Assembly: GCA_023382875.1 (NCBI GenBank)
Contig: JAHDXH010000001.1
Coordinates: forward strand, 18,571 to 82,570
Direction of reading: 5' to 3'
DNA: 64,000 nucleotides
From: Patescibacteria group bacterium
Lineage (GTDB): Bacteria > Patescibacteriota > Microgenomatia > UBA1400 > PJMF01
Shown here: positions 27,029 to 37,478 of the stretch, piece by piece
Layout: each line of letters starts with the position of its first letter
Numbering within the stretch: the first letter of the stretch is position 1
Position numbers and translations under genes: made by a program
Notes under the pieces: generated by a model
The model's database searches: none
Told to the model about the DNA's origin: nothing
Seen by the model: only the letters and a program-made list of their open reading frames with translations

Positions 27029-28786
27029 CTAGGAGTGACGCTTTTCTTTGAGCAGTAGTTCCATCGCGTGTTTTAGCGATCCAGCTTTGGTAACATTTCC
27101 TGCGTTAACAAAAAAGATTTCGTCTGCATTTTCAATAGTATTAAAGCGATGAGCAATAATCACTTTGGTTGTCGTTTGTGGCAATTTGGTTAAGATCTCG
27201 TCTAAAAGTTTTTCCGTAACGGTGTCGACATTAGCTGAAGCTTCATCCAAAATCAGTAATTCTGGTTTTCTTAAAATTGCTCTAATAAAGGCAATTAATT
27301 GTTGTTGGCCGAGGCTTAGTTGACCTTTGGTGGAAACTTTAGTTTCAAGACCTTGGGGAAATCTGTTTAGCAATTTATCTAGACCAAATTCTGCTAGTAC
27401 TTTTTCTAACTCAGTTATAGAAAGCGACTGGCATTTGGGATTGCCGTAAAGAATGTTTTCGGCAATGGTGGCTGAAAACAAAAATGGTTCTTGTAGGATA
27501 AAGCCAATTTTTTGAGTTCTCTCCTTTTCCGGAAAACTTTTAATATCTTGACCATTTAAATAAATTTCACCGCTTGTTGGGTCAAAAAGACGAGACATTA
27601 ATGATGCAATGGTAGTTTTTCCACCCCCCGTAGGTCCTACAAAAGCGTAGGTTTTACCCATTTCTAAATCGAAGGAAATATTGTGTAAAACATTTTTACC
27701 TTCTTGGTAGGCAAAGTTGACTTTGGAAAACTCTAATAACGAGTTAGTTTTCTTGGATTTTTTGTTTTCTACCTCTGTAATCTTAAGTTCGGACTTTAAG
27801 TTTAAAATTTCTGAAATTCTGTCCCAACCAGCCAAGGCAATCTGAAAAGTAGACCAGATGCTAGCAACATGTCTAATCGGGTCATAAAATCTACCAACAT
27901 AACTTACGTAGCTGACTAATAAACCTACGGTTAAGTTGCCATTGATGATTAAAGAAACTCCATAAAATAAAACAATGGCTTGGGCAATATTGGAAGCAAG
28001 ACTATAAATTGGAATTAGAGTATTGTTGGCCACGCCCGCAGCCAATGAACTTTGATAGTTAACTTCATTAACTTCATTAAATCTATTTCTAAAATAATCT
28101 CGACGATTAAAAACAGCGACAAGCTTGAAGTTTTCCAAAGCTTCAGAAATCTCCGCGCTTAAGTTGCCAGTCGCTTTGAGATTGGTGTTATTTTTTTGTT
28201 TAATCCAGCTCGAAAGAGCTTTGGTAATGATTAGTAAAGCAAAGGCTGGGACTAATGATGCGATGCCAAGCTTGAGATTGAGCATGACAAGGAAAATAGC
28301 TGCGCCCACCATCATAAAACTGTTGCTAATGAATTGAACAAGAGCCTGTGAGAAAAATTGATTGAGCTTGTCAGTATCGTTATTGATTCTTGAAATCAAA
28401 TCACCAACTTTATTTTGGTTGAAAAATGCCAATGGTAAAGATTGAAGCTTGTTAAATATTTCACTACGCAAACTAAATAAGAGTTTTTGACCAACGGTGC
28501 CCATCAATTTGGTTTGGAAGTAGGTGGCGATGGCGCTTAGGGCATAAACTAAAAATAAGACAGCTCCCCAGCTTAAGACGCCACTTATTTGTTTGGTGGC
28601 AATAAATTTATCGACAATCAAACCGATGATTAAGGGCCCAACAAGACTGGCTATTGAACTAAAAATCACTGCCACAAATGCCAAAAAAATTTCTCTTTTT
28701 TGATTTCTCAAAAGCGGCCAAAACTTTTTGATGGCTGCGAAGGCCGATTCTGTTTGGTGAGAAGTGTTAGTCAGTCGATAGTTCAT
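27029..28786 (-). CDS. ABC exporter, fused permease-ATPase (MsbA/multidrug type), heterodimer partner 1
   Basis: 6-TM domain plus Walker A GPTGGGKTT, signature LSLGQQQ and Walker B LILDEA. Confidence 0.85.
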   Translation of the reverse strand: MNYRLTNTSHQTESAFAAIKKFWPLLRNQKREIFLAFVAVIFSSIASLVGPLIIGLIVDKFIATKQISGVLSWGAVLFLVYALSAIATYFQTKLMGTVGQKLLFSLRSEIFNKLQSLPLAFFNQNKVGDLISRINNDTDKLNQFFSQALVQFISNSFMMVGAAIFLVMLNLKLGIASLVPAFALLIITKALSSWIKQKNNTNLKATGNLSAEISEALENFKLVAVFNRRDYFRNRFNEVNEVNYQSSLAAGVANNTLIPIYSLASNIAQAIVLFYGVSLIINGNLTVGLLVSYVSYVGRFYDPIRHVASIWSTFQIALAGWDRISEILNLKSELKITEVENKKSKKTNSLLEFSKVNFAYQEGKNVLHNISFDLEMGKTYAFVGPTGGGKTTIASLMSRLFDPTSGEIYLNGQDIKSFPEKERTQKIGFILQEPFLFSATIAENILYGNPKCQSLSITELEKVLAEFGLDKLLNRFPQGLETKVSTKGQLSLGQQQLIAFIRAILRKPELLILDEASANVDTVTEKLLDEILTKLPQTTTKVIIAHRFNTIENADEIFFVNAGNVTKAGSLKHAMELLLKEKRHS

Positions 28787-30515
28787 ATTGATTAGTGCTT
28801 TTTTGTGATTCGTACATTTGGATATATTCTGGAGAACTTTTTAGTAATTGTTCATGGGTGCCTTTGGCAATTACATCTCCCTCCATCAAAACTAAGATTT
28901 GGTCATAATCTATGACAGAAGAAATTTTTTGAGTAATCGAAATCAGGGTGATGTTGGGGTAATTTTTTTTGATATTATTCAAAATATTTTTTTCAGTGTT
29001 TAGGTCGACTCTGGCAGTAAAATCATCCAAGAGTAAAACTTGTGGATTCAGTGCTAAAGCACGCGCCAACATTAGACGTTGTTTTTGACCACCTGACAAG
29101 CTTGTTCCTCTTTCAGAAACAATAGTTTTAAGTCCATCAGGTAAAGTTGAAATAAGATTTTCGAGCTCGGCAGTGGCAATGGCTTTATTGATATTTTCTG
29201 AATTGGCACTGTCGCTGAAGCCAATATTTTCTTCGATGGTTGTGTTAAATAAAACACTTTCTTGGAAAACCAAGCCAACTTTATTGAAGAAAGAGTTTTG
29301 ATCATAATCTTTTATTTTTTTGCCATCAAATAAAATTTGACCACTGGTTGGTTCTGTTAAGCCAACAATCAGTGATAAAAGCTGAGTTTTTCCTGCTGCA
29401 GTTGGTCCGATGATCGCAGTTCTGGTGCCAGCTTTGATTTTGAACGTGGTTTTGTTTAAAATGTTTTTTGTACCAATAACTAAACTTAAATCTTTTGCTT
29501 CAATAGCACCACTTAAATTCTCGGCACTTAATTTCCCGCTCTCAGTTGGGTTGGGATGATCGAAGATTTGTTGAATACGTCCATAGGATGCAGCTGATCT
29601 AGCAATAACATTGCTCATGAAACCCATCATGATGATTGGAAAAATGAGAATTCCAACGTAACTATTGAAAGCAGTGAAACTACCTAAAGTCATTTCGCCT
29701 TTAATAACAAAGTAGCCACCCAAAACAACAATCACTAAAACTGCCATTCCAGAAACAAAAGTAATTACTGGAATTAAACTGGAAAAATAGCTCAATATTT
29801 TAAGTCCAGTGTTAGTGGCTGTTTCGTTGGCTTGTTTGAATTTTTCTTTTTCTCTATCCTCTGAGTTTAGAATTCTAACAGTCGCTGATCCCAAAATACT
29901 TTCATTAATAACTTTGTTAAGCCAGTCAATAACTTCCTGACCTTTAATAAAAAGTACCTGGACTTTGCCAAAAATCACTTTAAAAGTAATGCCGATAATT
30001 GGAATGATCAAAAGTACGACTAAGGCTAATTTCCAGTCCGTAATCAAAAGTAAAATGCTAGAGCCGATAATTAAAAGCAGTGATGACACAATTCCGGCGA
30101 CTGCTTGAGCAATAAAAGTTTTGACTGCATCAATGTCTGAGGTTAGATTGGTCAGCAAAACAGCTGGGGTGAATTTTTCGATGGTGGCATTATTTTGCAA
30201 AGATATTTTTTGGGTTAGCTGTTTTCTAAGATCCAGGGCAACTCTTTCTGAGGCAATAGTTTGCATTAGGTTTTGAGCAAAAGAAAAAATAAAGATGCCA
30301 GTAATAATTAAAAAGGTTGGCAGAATTAAGTGACTAGGAAAAACACCACTGCTGGTGAAACTATCAATGCCAATGGCAATGAGTTTGGGGATGATTAGAC
30401 CTAGACCATTAGCTAAAAAAGCAAAGGCAACTAAAAGTAAACTATGTTTGGGATACTTTTTTAATAGAACAAAAACGTTTGCTGATGGTGTGGCTGGTCC
30501 GGCAGGTTTTGACAT
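28767..30515 (-). CDS. ABC exporter, fused permease-ATPase, heterodimer partner 2
   Basis: Walker A GPTAAGKTQL, signature LSGGQKQR and Walker B LLLDD. Overlaps partner 1 by 20 bp. Confidence 0.85.
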   Translation of the reverse strand: MSKPAGPATPSANVFVLLKKYPKHSLLLVAFAFLANGLGLIIPKLIAIGIDSFTSSGVFPSHLILPTFLIITGIFIFSFAQNLMQTIASERVALDLRKQLTQKISLQNNATIEKFTPAVLLTNLTSDIDAVKTFIAQAVAGIVSSLLLIIGSSILLLITDWKLALVVLLIIPIIGITFKVIFGKVQVLFIKGQEVIDWLNKVINESILGSATVRILNSEDREKEKFKQANETATNTGLKILSYFSSLIPVITFVSGMAVLVIVVLGGYFVIKGEMTLGSFTAFNSYVGILIFPIIMMGFMSNVIARSAASYGRIQQIFDHPNPTESGKLSAENLSGAIEAKDLSLVIGTKNILNKTTFKIKAGTRTAIIGPTAAGKTQLLSLIVGLTEPTSGQILFDGKKIKDYDQNSFFNKVGLVFQESVLFNTTIEENIGFSDSANSENINKAIATAELENLISTLPDGLKTIVSERGTSLSGGQKQRLMLARALALNPQVLLLDDFTARVDLNTEKNILNNIKKNYPNITLISITQKISSVIDYDQILVLMEGDVIAKGTHEQLLKSSPEYIQMYESQKSTNQYELSTD

Positions 30516-30577
30516 GGGAAATGCTAAGTCTTACGTCGGTGATTATACGCAAAATATTTATATTATGATAGATAATG

Positions 30578-31360
30578 TTAAGATTGATCGTTCAATTTTT
30601 CTTGGCTAGCGTGTCTATGCAGTTCTAAAAGTTTCCATTCAACAAAACAATGATAAAGCATGAGGTTGAGGGTTAAAAATAAGCCTCTTTTTCCATCCAG
30701 AAAACCCCTGTGTTTGATATACCTCGCTAAGAATTCTCGTAGAGGTTGATAGAAGAATGAGCGATAAGAAAATCTGTGTCCAGCTCTGTATTTTTCTCTT
30801 GCTCTAATAGATGAATAGCGGTTTTGCCTTTCAATAAAGTCAAAAAAGTTATCATAACCAAAATGAAAAATAGAATATCTAGTTTTAGAAGGAACTTGAA
30901 TTGGCTGATATTTGGTTTGTGGATAGCTGTGAATTTCTTCATGCCATTTGACATCACCTCGACTAAAAAACCTAATTTGTTTGTCTGGCCAAAAGTTTGT
31001 ATGTTTAATCCAGCGTCCGAAAAAATAATTCATTCGAGGAATATTTAAAATACCTCGACGGTGAGAGCGCGCATACCTCTTCAAATTTATTTTTAAAGTT
31101 TTGGGCAATCTTTCATCGGGATCAAGTACAAGTATCCAATCTCCAGCACACTGAGAGATGGCAAAATTTCTCACCAGTTCAACATAGGGAACAAACTTAT
31201 GCTTGATAAATTTGCATTTGAATTGACTAACTACAGACTGAGTATTGTCTGTCGATTCTAAATCGACAACCACAACTTCATCTGCCCAATTAACAACATT
31301 TCTAAGACATTTTTTGAGTTTTTTGGCTTCATTGTGAGAAACAATTACGGCTGAAATCAT
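30578..31360 (-). CDS. family 2 glycosyltransferase
   Basis: N-terminus MISAVIVSHNEAKKL...VVVVDLESTDNT (GT-A fold with DxD region). Confidence 0.75.
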   Translation of the reverse strand: MISAVIVSHNEAKKLKKCLRNVVNWADEVVVVDLESTDNTQSVVSQFKCKFIKHKFVPYVELVRNFAISQCAGDWILVLDPDERLPKTLKINLKRYARSHRRGILNIPRMNYFFGRWIKHTNFWPDKQIRFFSRGDVKWHEEIHSYPQTKYQPIQVPSKTRYSIFHFGYDNFFDFIERQNRYSSIRAREKYRAGHRFSYRSFFYQPLREFLARYIKHRGFLDGKRGLFLTLNLMLYHCFVEWKLLELHRHASQEKLNDQS

Positions 31361-31363
31361 AAA

Positions 31364-32623
31364 TTAATCATCAAAAGAAAGTTTTTCCATAACTGAATTC
31401 AGCGTATTTTCACTAGAGAATTTTTTTTCATTTATTTTTGCTAGTTTAGCTTTTTCTTGAAAATTGTTTCTCAATAATTGATCACATTTTGCAAACATAT
31501 TCAACAAGGCATTTTCATCTTTGAGTTCAATTGAATAATTTTGTGGATTACTATCATAAATCATTTCCAAAATACCGTTGTTTTTTATTTGATAGTAGCG
31601 ATCATAATTTAATGCAATTGCGGGAACATTTTGTGATAAGGCAAATACCAAGCCATGGTAGCGACTGGTAATTAGTAGATCGATTCTGGAAGTAATGCTT
31701 TTGATTAAATTAGCTGGAACTGTATGTTTTGAAATTTTTCGACAGAATAAATTCCAAGTTTTTTGATTATTTTTTGCTGATGAAAGCATTTTGCTCATGA
31801 AAGTCACATCATCCCCTACCCCATTTGTTGTTAGATGATGTGGAATCAAAATGATTCTAATTTGATATTTTTTTCTTATTTTTTGGATTAATGAATTAAT
31901 CAGTTGGTGAGTTTCTTTTGAAGAATTTTTCCATTCATGAATGCTTAGTCCAATCAAAAAATAATTTCTAGGTTTCTTTTTATTCTTGTTCTTTTGTTTT
32001 GTGTAGGCACTATCCAACATTGAAATTAATTTTGATTGAGAGAGGTTTAGATCATTAAAAAACTCTCGACGATTTATTTTTGAGCGAATGCCTATGATGC
32101 TTGCCTGATTGAGCAAAACTTTGGCGATTTGTAGATCAATTTTATTGAAGGGGCCAATGGTTTGACTGGTTAAAATTACTTTTTTATTGAAAACTTTGGC
32201 TATCAGCAATACTAAAAAACAATAATATAACCATTTTCTGAAATTTGAACTTAAGTTCCCCCCGCCCGTAAAGTGGATGACGTCATTGCTGATGACTGTG
32301 GAAAGCCAAGAAAATTCTGAAGCTGAAAGCAAAGATAAATTAAAGACTTTATAAATAAAAACTTTAACCACAAAAAACAAAAAAAATGCCCAACTAGGTC
32401 TTTGTGACCAAAGTAAGTGTGGTGCAAAGTTTATGTAATGATCGTTGTTTTTGAACCAAGTGAGCGCACTAATTTCCCAGTCAGGATGATTGTCTTTGTA
32501 CCAAAGATATGTTTCATAAAACATTGCTTCGTCACCAACATGATAATATCGTTCCTGCTCGTGCCCACCAATATCTGCAAACAAAAGAATTTTTTTCATA
32601 TGAGAGTGCAAAGTAATGGCCAC
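31364..32623 (-). CDS. polysaccharide pyruvyl transferase family protein (CsaB-like)
   Basis: C-terminal motif LLITSRYHGLVFALSQNVPAIAL resembles the PS_pyruv_trans signature. 419 aa. Confidence 0.5.
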   Translation of the reverse strand: MAITLHSHMKKILLFADIGGHEQERYYHVGDEAMFYETYLWYKDNHPDWEISALTWFKNNDHYINFAPHLLWSQRPSWAFFLFFVVKVFIYKVFNLSLLSASEFSWLSTVISNDVIHFTGGGNLSSNFRKWLYYCFLVLLIAKVFNKKVILTSQTIGPFNKIDLQIAKVLLNQASIIGIRSKINRREFFNDLNLSQSKLISMLDSAYTKQKNKNKKKPRNYFLIGLSIHEWKNSSKETHQLINSLIQKIRKKYQIRIILIPHHLTTNGVGDDVTFMSKMLSSAKNNQKTWNLFCRKISKHTVPANLIKSITSRIDLLITSRYHGLVFALSQNVPAIALNYDRYYQIKNNGILEMIYDSNPQNYSIELKDENALLNMFAKCDQLLRNNFQEKAKLAKINEKKFSSENTLNSVMEKLSFDD

Positions 32624-32663
32624 TATACTGAAAATGTTATTAATCTGGTAGAGTCAAGTAGTT

Positions 32664-33179
32664 ATGAAATTTGATGCGGTTATTGTTTTGGCGGGAGGAA
32701 TTCAAAAGAATGGTGCTTTGCCAATGACGGTCAAGCAAAGAATTGACTTGGCTTATCAACTTTTTAGAATGAATGTTGCTGACAAATTTGTTTTTTCTGG
32801 AAAATGGAGCGTGTATTGGGATCATTTTCCACCGTCAAGGACAGAGGCTCAATTGATGAAAAACTACGCCGTAAAACTTGGCTTTAACTCAGAATCTATT
32901 TTTGTCGAAGAACACTCTCAAAATACTTTTGAGAATGCTTTTTATGCGATTAAGTTGTTTACCGAACCAAATAAATGGAAAAAAGTCTTAGTCATTACCT
33001 CCGACTTTCATTTGCAAAGATGTAAGAAGATTTTTAACTATTTGGGTAGTTCGAATGAGCATTTCTACTTTTTGGGGGCAAAAACAGATGCAAACCTTTT
33101 TAAGAAAACAAAATGGACCATCAAAGAAAAATTTTTATCAAACACGCAGTGGCTTTTCCAATACTTTCTTGATCGCTGA
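32664..33179 (+). CDS. DUF218 (YdcF/SanA/ElyC-like) domain protein
   Basis: VIVLAGGIQKNGALP...QRIDLAYQLF matches the DUF218 core. 171 aa. Confidence 0.55.
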   Translation: MKFDAVIVLAGGIQKNGALPMTVKQRIDLAYQLFRMNVADKFVFSGKWSVYWDHFPPSRTEAQLMKNYAVKLGFNSESIFVEEHSQNTFENAFYAIKLFTEPNKWKKVLVITSDFHLQRCKKIFNYLGSSNEHFYFLGAKTDANLFKKTKWTIKEKFLSNTQWLFQYFLDR

Positions 33180-34313
33180 TAAAATTTCTAAATCAACTTT
33201 TTTCATATTTTTTAAGCTTTTGTAAAGGTGTTGCCATTCTTCATAAACATGTCCAACCAATCTGATTTTTTCTAAATCATTGATTTGGATTGGTAAAAAT
33301 GTGGGAGTTTCATCAATGTTTAGTGCGGTTAGGTTTAGTTTGGTTTTCAAACACTTTTGACATTTTGAGCAGTTATAAATTAATTCTTTACTTCTAACAT
33401 TTTCCCAACAAACTCGAACGTTATCTAAAAATAATTGTTTATGGTTGGTTTTAATAATTTGAGCCAGCTTTTTCTCTCTGGATAAATTATGACCGACGAG
33501 TTCAACTAGTTTGTCTTTGGTTGAGTAAAGTTTATCTACGCCAAATCTTAGTCCCCAATCCGCAGCCTCAAAAGACTCGCCACTAATAAAAATAAGGTTT
33601 GTCTTTAAAAGATGATGAACAGCGACTAGAGCTGACACATGAAACCTACCCCAGCCAATTACTGAATCAGAAGTAAGACGTAAGTTTGTTGAAGCAAAAA
33701 TTGGGACAGTTTTTGTTTCCTTTGAAACATTGGTGATTTTTTGATGAACATTGTTTAGAAAGTTTTTTTGGTAAAAAGGAATATCGTAGCCATCGATATA
33801 AATAAGTCGCTTCACTTTTTCTGACGATTTGTGACAAAGCAATGTATAAAAAGAATCAACCCCTAGGGTGAAGAACTGAGCTGCGCCTTCATAATCAGTA
33901 TAGTCTTTGACGGAGTTTTTTTGGACTTTAGTAAATATTTTTAATTTTCTCTTAGAAATTTCATGGTAATACTTTTCGATCTCTCTGGTTTTTTTAAGTA
34001 TTTCTGGATTAACTTTTCCTTTGAAAACTAAGTCTTCGTTGGTAGCAATGGCCATCGGCAAGGCAATCAAATAAAAAGCATCAAAGGCATTCTGCGGTTC
34101 AGAATGTTCGATTGGTATTTCAAACCAAATTCTTTTTCTTGTAGTAAAGCCAAAGCGCCAAGCTTGGTATGGGTTAGTTAAAGCTTTGTAAAACCACTTG
34201 CACCAAAAAATAATTTTTTCTCTTCTACCTCCATATGGGTTATCAAAAATGAAATCTGCTGAAAACTTATAAGAGTGGGAATTTTTAGTGGTAGTGATTT
34301 GTGTGACGAGCAT
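33138..34313 (-). CDS. hypothetical protein in the polysaccharide cluster. Possibly a divergent PP-loop-type enzyme (WbpG-like N-acetyl-sugar amidotransferase)? Weak.
   Basis: 391 aa. FFTLGVDSFYTLL (degenerate SGGxDS-like) and a C-terminal Cys cluster CSKCQKCLKTK. Confidence 0.3.
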   Translation of the reverse strand: MLVTQITTTKNSHSYKFSADFIFDNPYGGRREKIIFWCKWFYKALTNPYQAWRFGFTTRKRIWFEIPIEHSEPQNAFDAFYLIALPMAIATNEDLVFKGKVNPEILKKTREIEKYYHEISKRKLKIFTKVQKNSVKDYTDYEGAAQFFTLGVDSFYTLLCHKSSEKVKRLIYIDGYDIPFYQKNFLNNVHQKITNVSKETKTVPIFASTNLRLTSDSVIGWGRFHVSALVAVHHLLKTNLIFISGESFEAADWGLRFGVDKLYSTKDKLVELVGHNLSREKKLAQIIKTNHKQLFLDNVRVCWENVRSKELIYNCSKCQKCLKTKLNLTALNIDETPTFLPIQINDLEKIRLVGHVYEEWQHLYKSLKNMKKVDLEILSAIKKVLEKPLRV

Positions 34314-34339
34314 GGCTGGATATCTGATATTCTATCAGT

Positions 34340-35095
34340 ATGAATTGGGAGTTATTAATTGAGTTAACTAAGCGAGAAATAAAACAGCGTTATAAGCAAT
34401 CTGTCCTTGGTTATGCGTGGGTTATTTTGAATCCGTTAGCACAAATGCTAGCCATGGCTTTTGTTTTTTCTAGAATTTTGCCGGTTTCAAATCTTAGTGT
34501 TCCTTACCCTATTTTTTTGTATGTCGGTTTATTGCCGTGGACATTGCTAAGTGGCACTTTGGTTGCTAGTGCAAACTCATTAATTGGAAATGGTAAGTTG
34601 CTAACAAAAATCTATCTACCCAGAAAAGTTTTTATTCAAAGTACAATCTTAGCTAAGATGGTCGATTTTTTTCTTGCTGCTTTGCTTTTGGTGATATTCA
34701 TGGTGTTTTTCAAAGTACAAATTAAGCCAACTATTGTTTGGTTTTTTCCCATATTTTTTATCCAATCACTTTTTACTTATGGTGTGTCAATTTTAATTGC
34801 AACGTTCAATCTTTTTTATCGCGACGTTCAGTATTTACTCAATTTTTTAATTATGATTTGGATGTACTTAACCCCAATAATTTATCCTCAGTCATTTTTC
34901 CCTAGCCACTATCACTGGCTTTTTGCGATTAATCCAATGGCAGTTTTTATTACATCCTATCGCAGAGTAATTTTCGAAGGATTGTCGCCCGACCTATGGA
35001 GTTTGTTAACAAGCTTAGTCGTCTCATTGGTCATTTTTGGATTGGCCAATTTGGTATTCAAAAAACTAGAAGGGAGATTTGCCGATGCCCTCTAA
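34340..35095 (+). CDS. ABC-2 type polysaccharide/teichoic-acid export permease (Wzm/TagG-like)
   Basis: 251 aa, 6 TM, ABC-2 family topology. Overlaps the downstream ATPase gene. Confidence 0.75.
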   Translation: MNWELLIELTKREIKQRYKQSVLGYAWVILNPLAQMLAMAFVFSRILPVSNLSVPYPIFLYVGLLPWTLLSGTLVASANSLIGNGKLLTKIYLPRKVFIQSTILAKMVDFFLAALLLVIFMVFFKVQIKPTIVWFFPIFFIQSLFTYGVSILIATFNLFYRDVQYLLNFLIMIWMYLTPIIYPQSFFPSHYHWLFAINPMAVFITSYRRVIFEGLSPDLWSLLTSLVVSLVIFGLANLVFKKLEGRFADAL

Positions 35096-35831
35096 ATTTT
35101 CGATAAAAATCACCAATGTTTCAAAGCTCTTTCATCGTCAAAATCAGTATACGATTAAGGAGCTATTGCCAGCTTTTTTGAGAGGAAAACAAACTAGAAA
35201 AAGTTTTTGGGCTTTAAACAAAATTAATATAAAAATTGCGCAAGGTGAAAGTTTTGGCATTGTTGGTCTCAATGGTTCTGGCAAGTCAACTTTGTTGAAA
35301 ATGATTGCGGGTGTGAGTGAACAAACAGAAGGTAGCATAGAAGTTAACGGCAGAATTGCGCCACTGATTGAACTGGGAGCTGGTTTTCATCCAGAACTTA
35401 CTGGCCGTGAAAATATTTTTTTGAACGGAATTATTTTGGGCTTAAAGAGAAAAGAAATAAAAGAAAGGTTCGACAAGATTGTAGAATTTTCTGAATTGGA
35501 TAAGTTTATCGATCAGCCCGTCAAACATTATTCTTCTGGAATGTATTTACGACTGGCCTACTCTGTGGCTATTCATACTGATCCAGATATTTTATTGATT
35601 GATGAAATTTTAGCTGTAGGTGATGAAGCCTTTCAAAAAAAATGTCTTAATAAAGTTCGTGATTTACAAAAACAGGGCGTGTCAATAGTAATTGTTTCCC
35701 ACGATCAAAAAATTATTAGAGACTTTACAACCAGAGTTTTGTTGTTGGAAAAGGGCGAGCAAATTTTTGTAGGGCCAACTAAACAGGCGTTGGAAAAATA
35801 CTCACGATCTATTGAATCTGGTGTAAAATAA
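35079..35831 (+). CDS. ABC transporter ATP-binding protein (Wzt/TagH-like)
   Basis: Walker A GLNGSGKSTLLK, signature YSSGMYLRL and Walker B LLIDEIL. Confidence 0.85.
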   Translation: MPMPSKFSIKITNVSKLFHRQNQYTIKELLPAFLRGKQTRKSFWALNKINIKIAQGESFGIVGLNGSGKSTLLKMIAGVSEQTEGSIEVNGRIAPLIELGAGFHPELTGRENIFLNGIILGLKRKEIKERFDKIVEFSELDKFIDQPVKHYSSGMYLRLAYSVAIHTDPDILLIDEILAVGDEAFQKKCLNKVRDLQKQGVSIVIVSHDQKIIRDFTTRVLLLEKGEQIFVGPTKQALEKYSRSIESGVK

Positions 35832-35837
35832 ACACAT

Positions 35838-36602
35838 ATGTATGGATTAAAAGTTTTAAGTAAGTTAAATCAAAAAAAATACCGACAAGAGTTTGGTTGT
35901 TTCATTGTAGAAGGAAAAAAGGGAGTTTTTGATGCGGTGGTTTCAGATGCTGTTGTTGTTCAATTGGTTACATCCGAAGCTTTTGTAAGACAGCAAAAAG
36001 AATATTGTCTTCAGTCGGAAATTAAATCTTTTTTTGATCAAAAAAAAGTTCTTTTTGTTTCTGATTCTGAGTTTGCTCATTTAGTAGAAACTGTTACTCC
36101 ACAAGGTGTGGCGGCAGTTGTTGAAATTAAAGAATCTAAAATTGATGATTTTAAAAATGGTAGTTTGCTGGTTTTACTTGAAGACGTCAGAGATCCTGGC
36201 AACGTAGGAACAATGATTAGAACGGCAGATTGGTTTGGTGTTGATGGCGTGATTTTTGTTGGTGGTGCTGATCCATATCAACCAAAGGTTGTTCGTTCTA
36301 GCATGGGCTCAATTTTTCACGTCCCAATTTTTATTTCTCAAAATATTGAGGCAGAAGTTGTTAAATTAAAAGAACTAGGCTTCGAATTAGTCGTTACAAG
36401 ACCAGAAGTTGCTGATGCTCAATTGTCCCCCACATTATCAGAACAAAAATTATGCATTGCCTTTGGCAGCGAAGCTCATGGTACGTCTGCTAAATTGGAT
36501 AATTTGGCCGACCGTGCTTTGAGTATCAAAAAATTTGGTCAAGCTGAGTCACTTAATGTGGCTGTTAGTTTTGGGATTGTTTTAAATGATTTAAGAAAAT
36601 AA
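35838..36602 (+). CDS. SpoU/TrmH-family RNA 2'-O-methyltransferase (RlmB-like)
   Basis: N-terminal substrate-binding domain plus SPOUT motifs LEDVRDPGNVGTMIRTADWFGV and GSEAHG. Confidence 0.8.
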   Translation: MYGLKVLSKLNQKKYRQEFGCFIVEGKKGVFDAVVSDAVVVQLVTSEAFVRQQKEYCLQSEIKSFFDQKKVLFVSDSEFAHLVETVTPQGVAAVVEIKESKIDDFKNGSLLVLLEDVRDPGNVGTMIRTADWFGVDGVIFVGGADPYQPKVVRSSMGSIFHVPIFISQNIEAEVVKLKELGFELVVTRPEVADAQLSPTLSEQKLCIAFGSEAHGTSAKLDNLADRALSIKKFGQAESLNVAVSFGIVLNDLRK

Positions 36603-36624
36603 ATTATCGAAAGACTATGGTGTT

Positions 36625-36843
36625 ATGAGTAATTTTCAAACTGGAACCTACCAACATTACAAAGGTAATAAATATTTGGTGCTAGGTGTCGCAAAGCACA
36701 GTGAAACTTTGGAGGATTTAGTTGTTTATATTTCACTTTATGAAAATGATTTGGCCAGCATGTGGGTTAGGCCACTAAAAATGTTCACCGAAAATGTTGT
36801 GGTTGATGGCAAAAGTGTGCCGAGGTTTAGAAAGTTGGACTAA
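36625..36843 (+). CDS. DUF1653 family small protein
   Basis: YQHYKGNKYLVLGVAKHSETLEDLVVY matches the DUF1653 signature. 72 aa. Confidence 0.55.
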   Translation: MSNFQTGTYQHYKGNKYLVLGVAKHSETLEDLVVYISLYENDLASMWVRPLKMFTENVVVDGKSVPRFRKLD

Positions 36844-36853
36844 TTTTAATAAA

Positions 36854-37477
36854 ATGAGAAGACTTTTATTAGCATCGTATGCAGCTTATACATTAGATTT
36901 GATTAGTGAATGGTTTTCAAAGCCAGTAAGTGAGCTAACTGCTGCAGTTATTACGACCGCAGCCGATCCATACAATGATAAAAGCTTTGTTGACGTCGAT
37001 CGAAATAAATTAGTAAAAATGGGTTTTGAAGTCGTCAACATTGATTTGAAAAATAAAACCTTGTCTGATTTGAAAAGTGAGTTGGAAAATATCGACTTAA
37101 TTTTGATGGCTGGTGGCAATACTTTTTACTTACTAGATCATATAAGGAAAAGTGGTTTTGATGTTTTATTGCCCGATTTATTGGATAAAGGTGTAATTTA
37201 TGTTGGCTCCAGTGCTGGCTCGTTGGTTTGTTGTTCGACTATTGAAAGTGCCAAGAGATTTGATGACACAACTATAGCGCCTGATTTAAAAAATTATATT
37301 GGTTTGGGTTTTTTTGATAAAGCAATTATTCCTCACGCTCAGAAAGAAAAATATTTCGAAAGAATCGAGTTAACTAAAAATGAGATGAAGGAAGTTGGAC
37401 AAGAAGTTGTTATTTTGACCGACGATGAAGCGATTATGATTACTGGTGACGAAGTTAAAAAAGTTGCGAAAATGTAG
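36854..37477 (+). CDS. peptidase E-like, S51 family (type 1 glutamine amidotransferase-like fold). The track ORF begins at 36794, but ATG 36854 (MRRLLL) avoids overlap.
   Basis: LILMAGGNTFYLL and YVGSSAGS (nucleophile Ser) are typical of PepE/cyanophycinase-like S51 peptidases. Confidence 0.7.
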   Translation: MRRLLLASYAAYTLDLISEWFSKPVSELTAAVITTAADPYNDKSFVDVDRNKLVKMGFEVVNIDLKNKTLSDLKSELENIDLILMAGGNTFYLLDHIRKSGFDVLLPDLLDKGVIYVGSSAGSLVCCSTIESAKRFDDTTIAPDLKNYIGLGFFDKAIIPHAQKEKYFERIELTKNEMKEVGQEVVILTDDEAIMITGDEVKKVAKM

Positions 37478-37478
37478 T

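Noticed and set aside
36794-36853. Upstream extension of the peptidase E-like ORF from 36794
   Set aside because: It overlaps the DUF1653 gene by 50 bp. An ATG at 36854 follows an A-rich spacer and starts MRRLLL.
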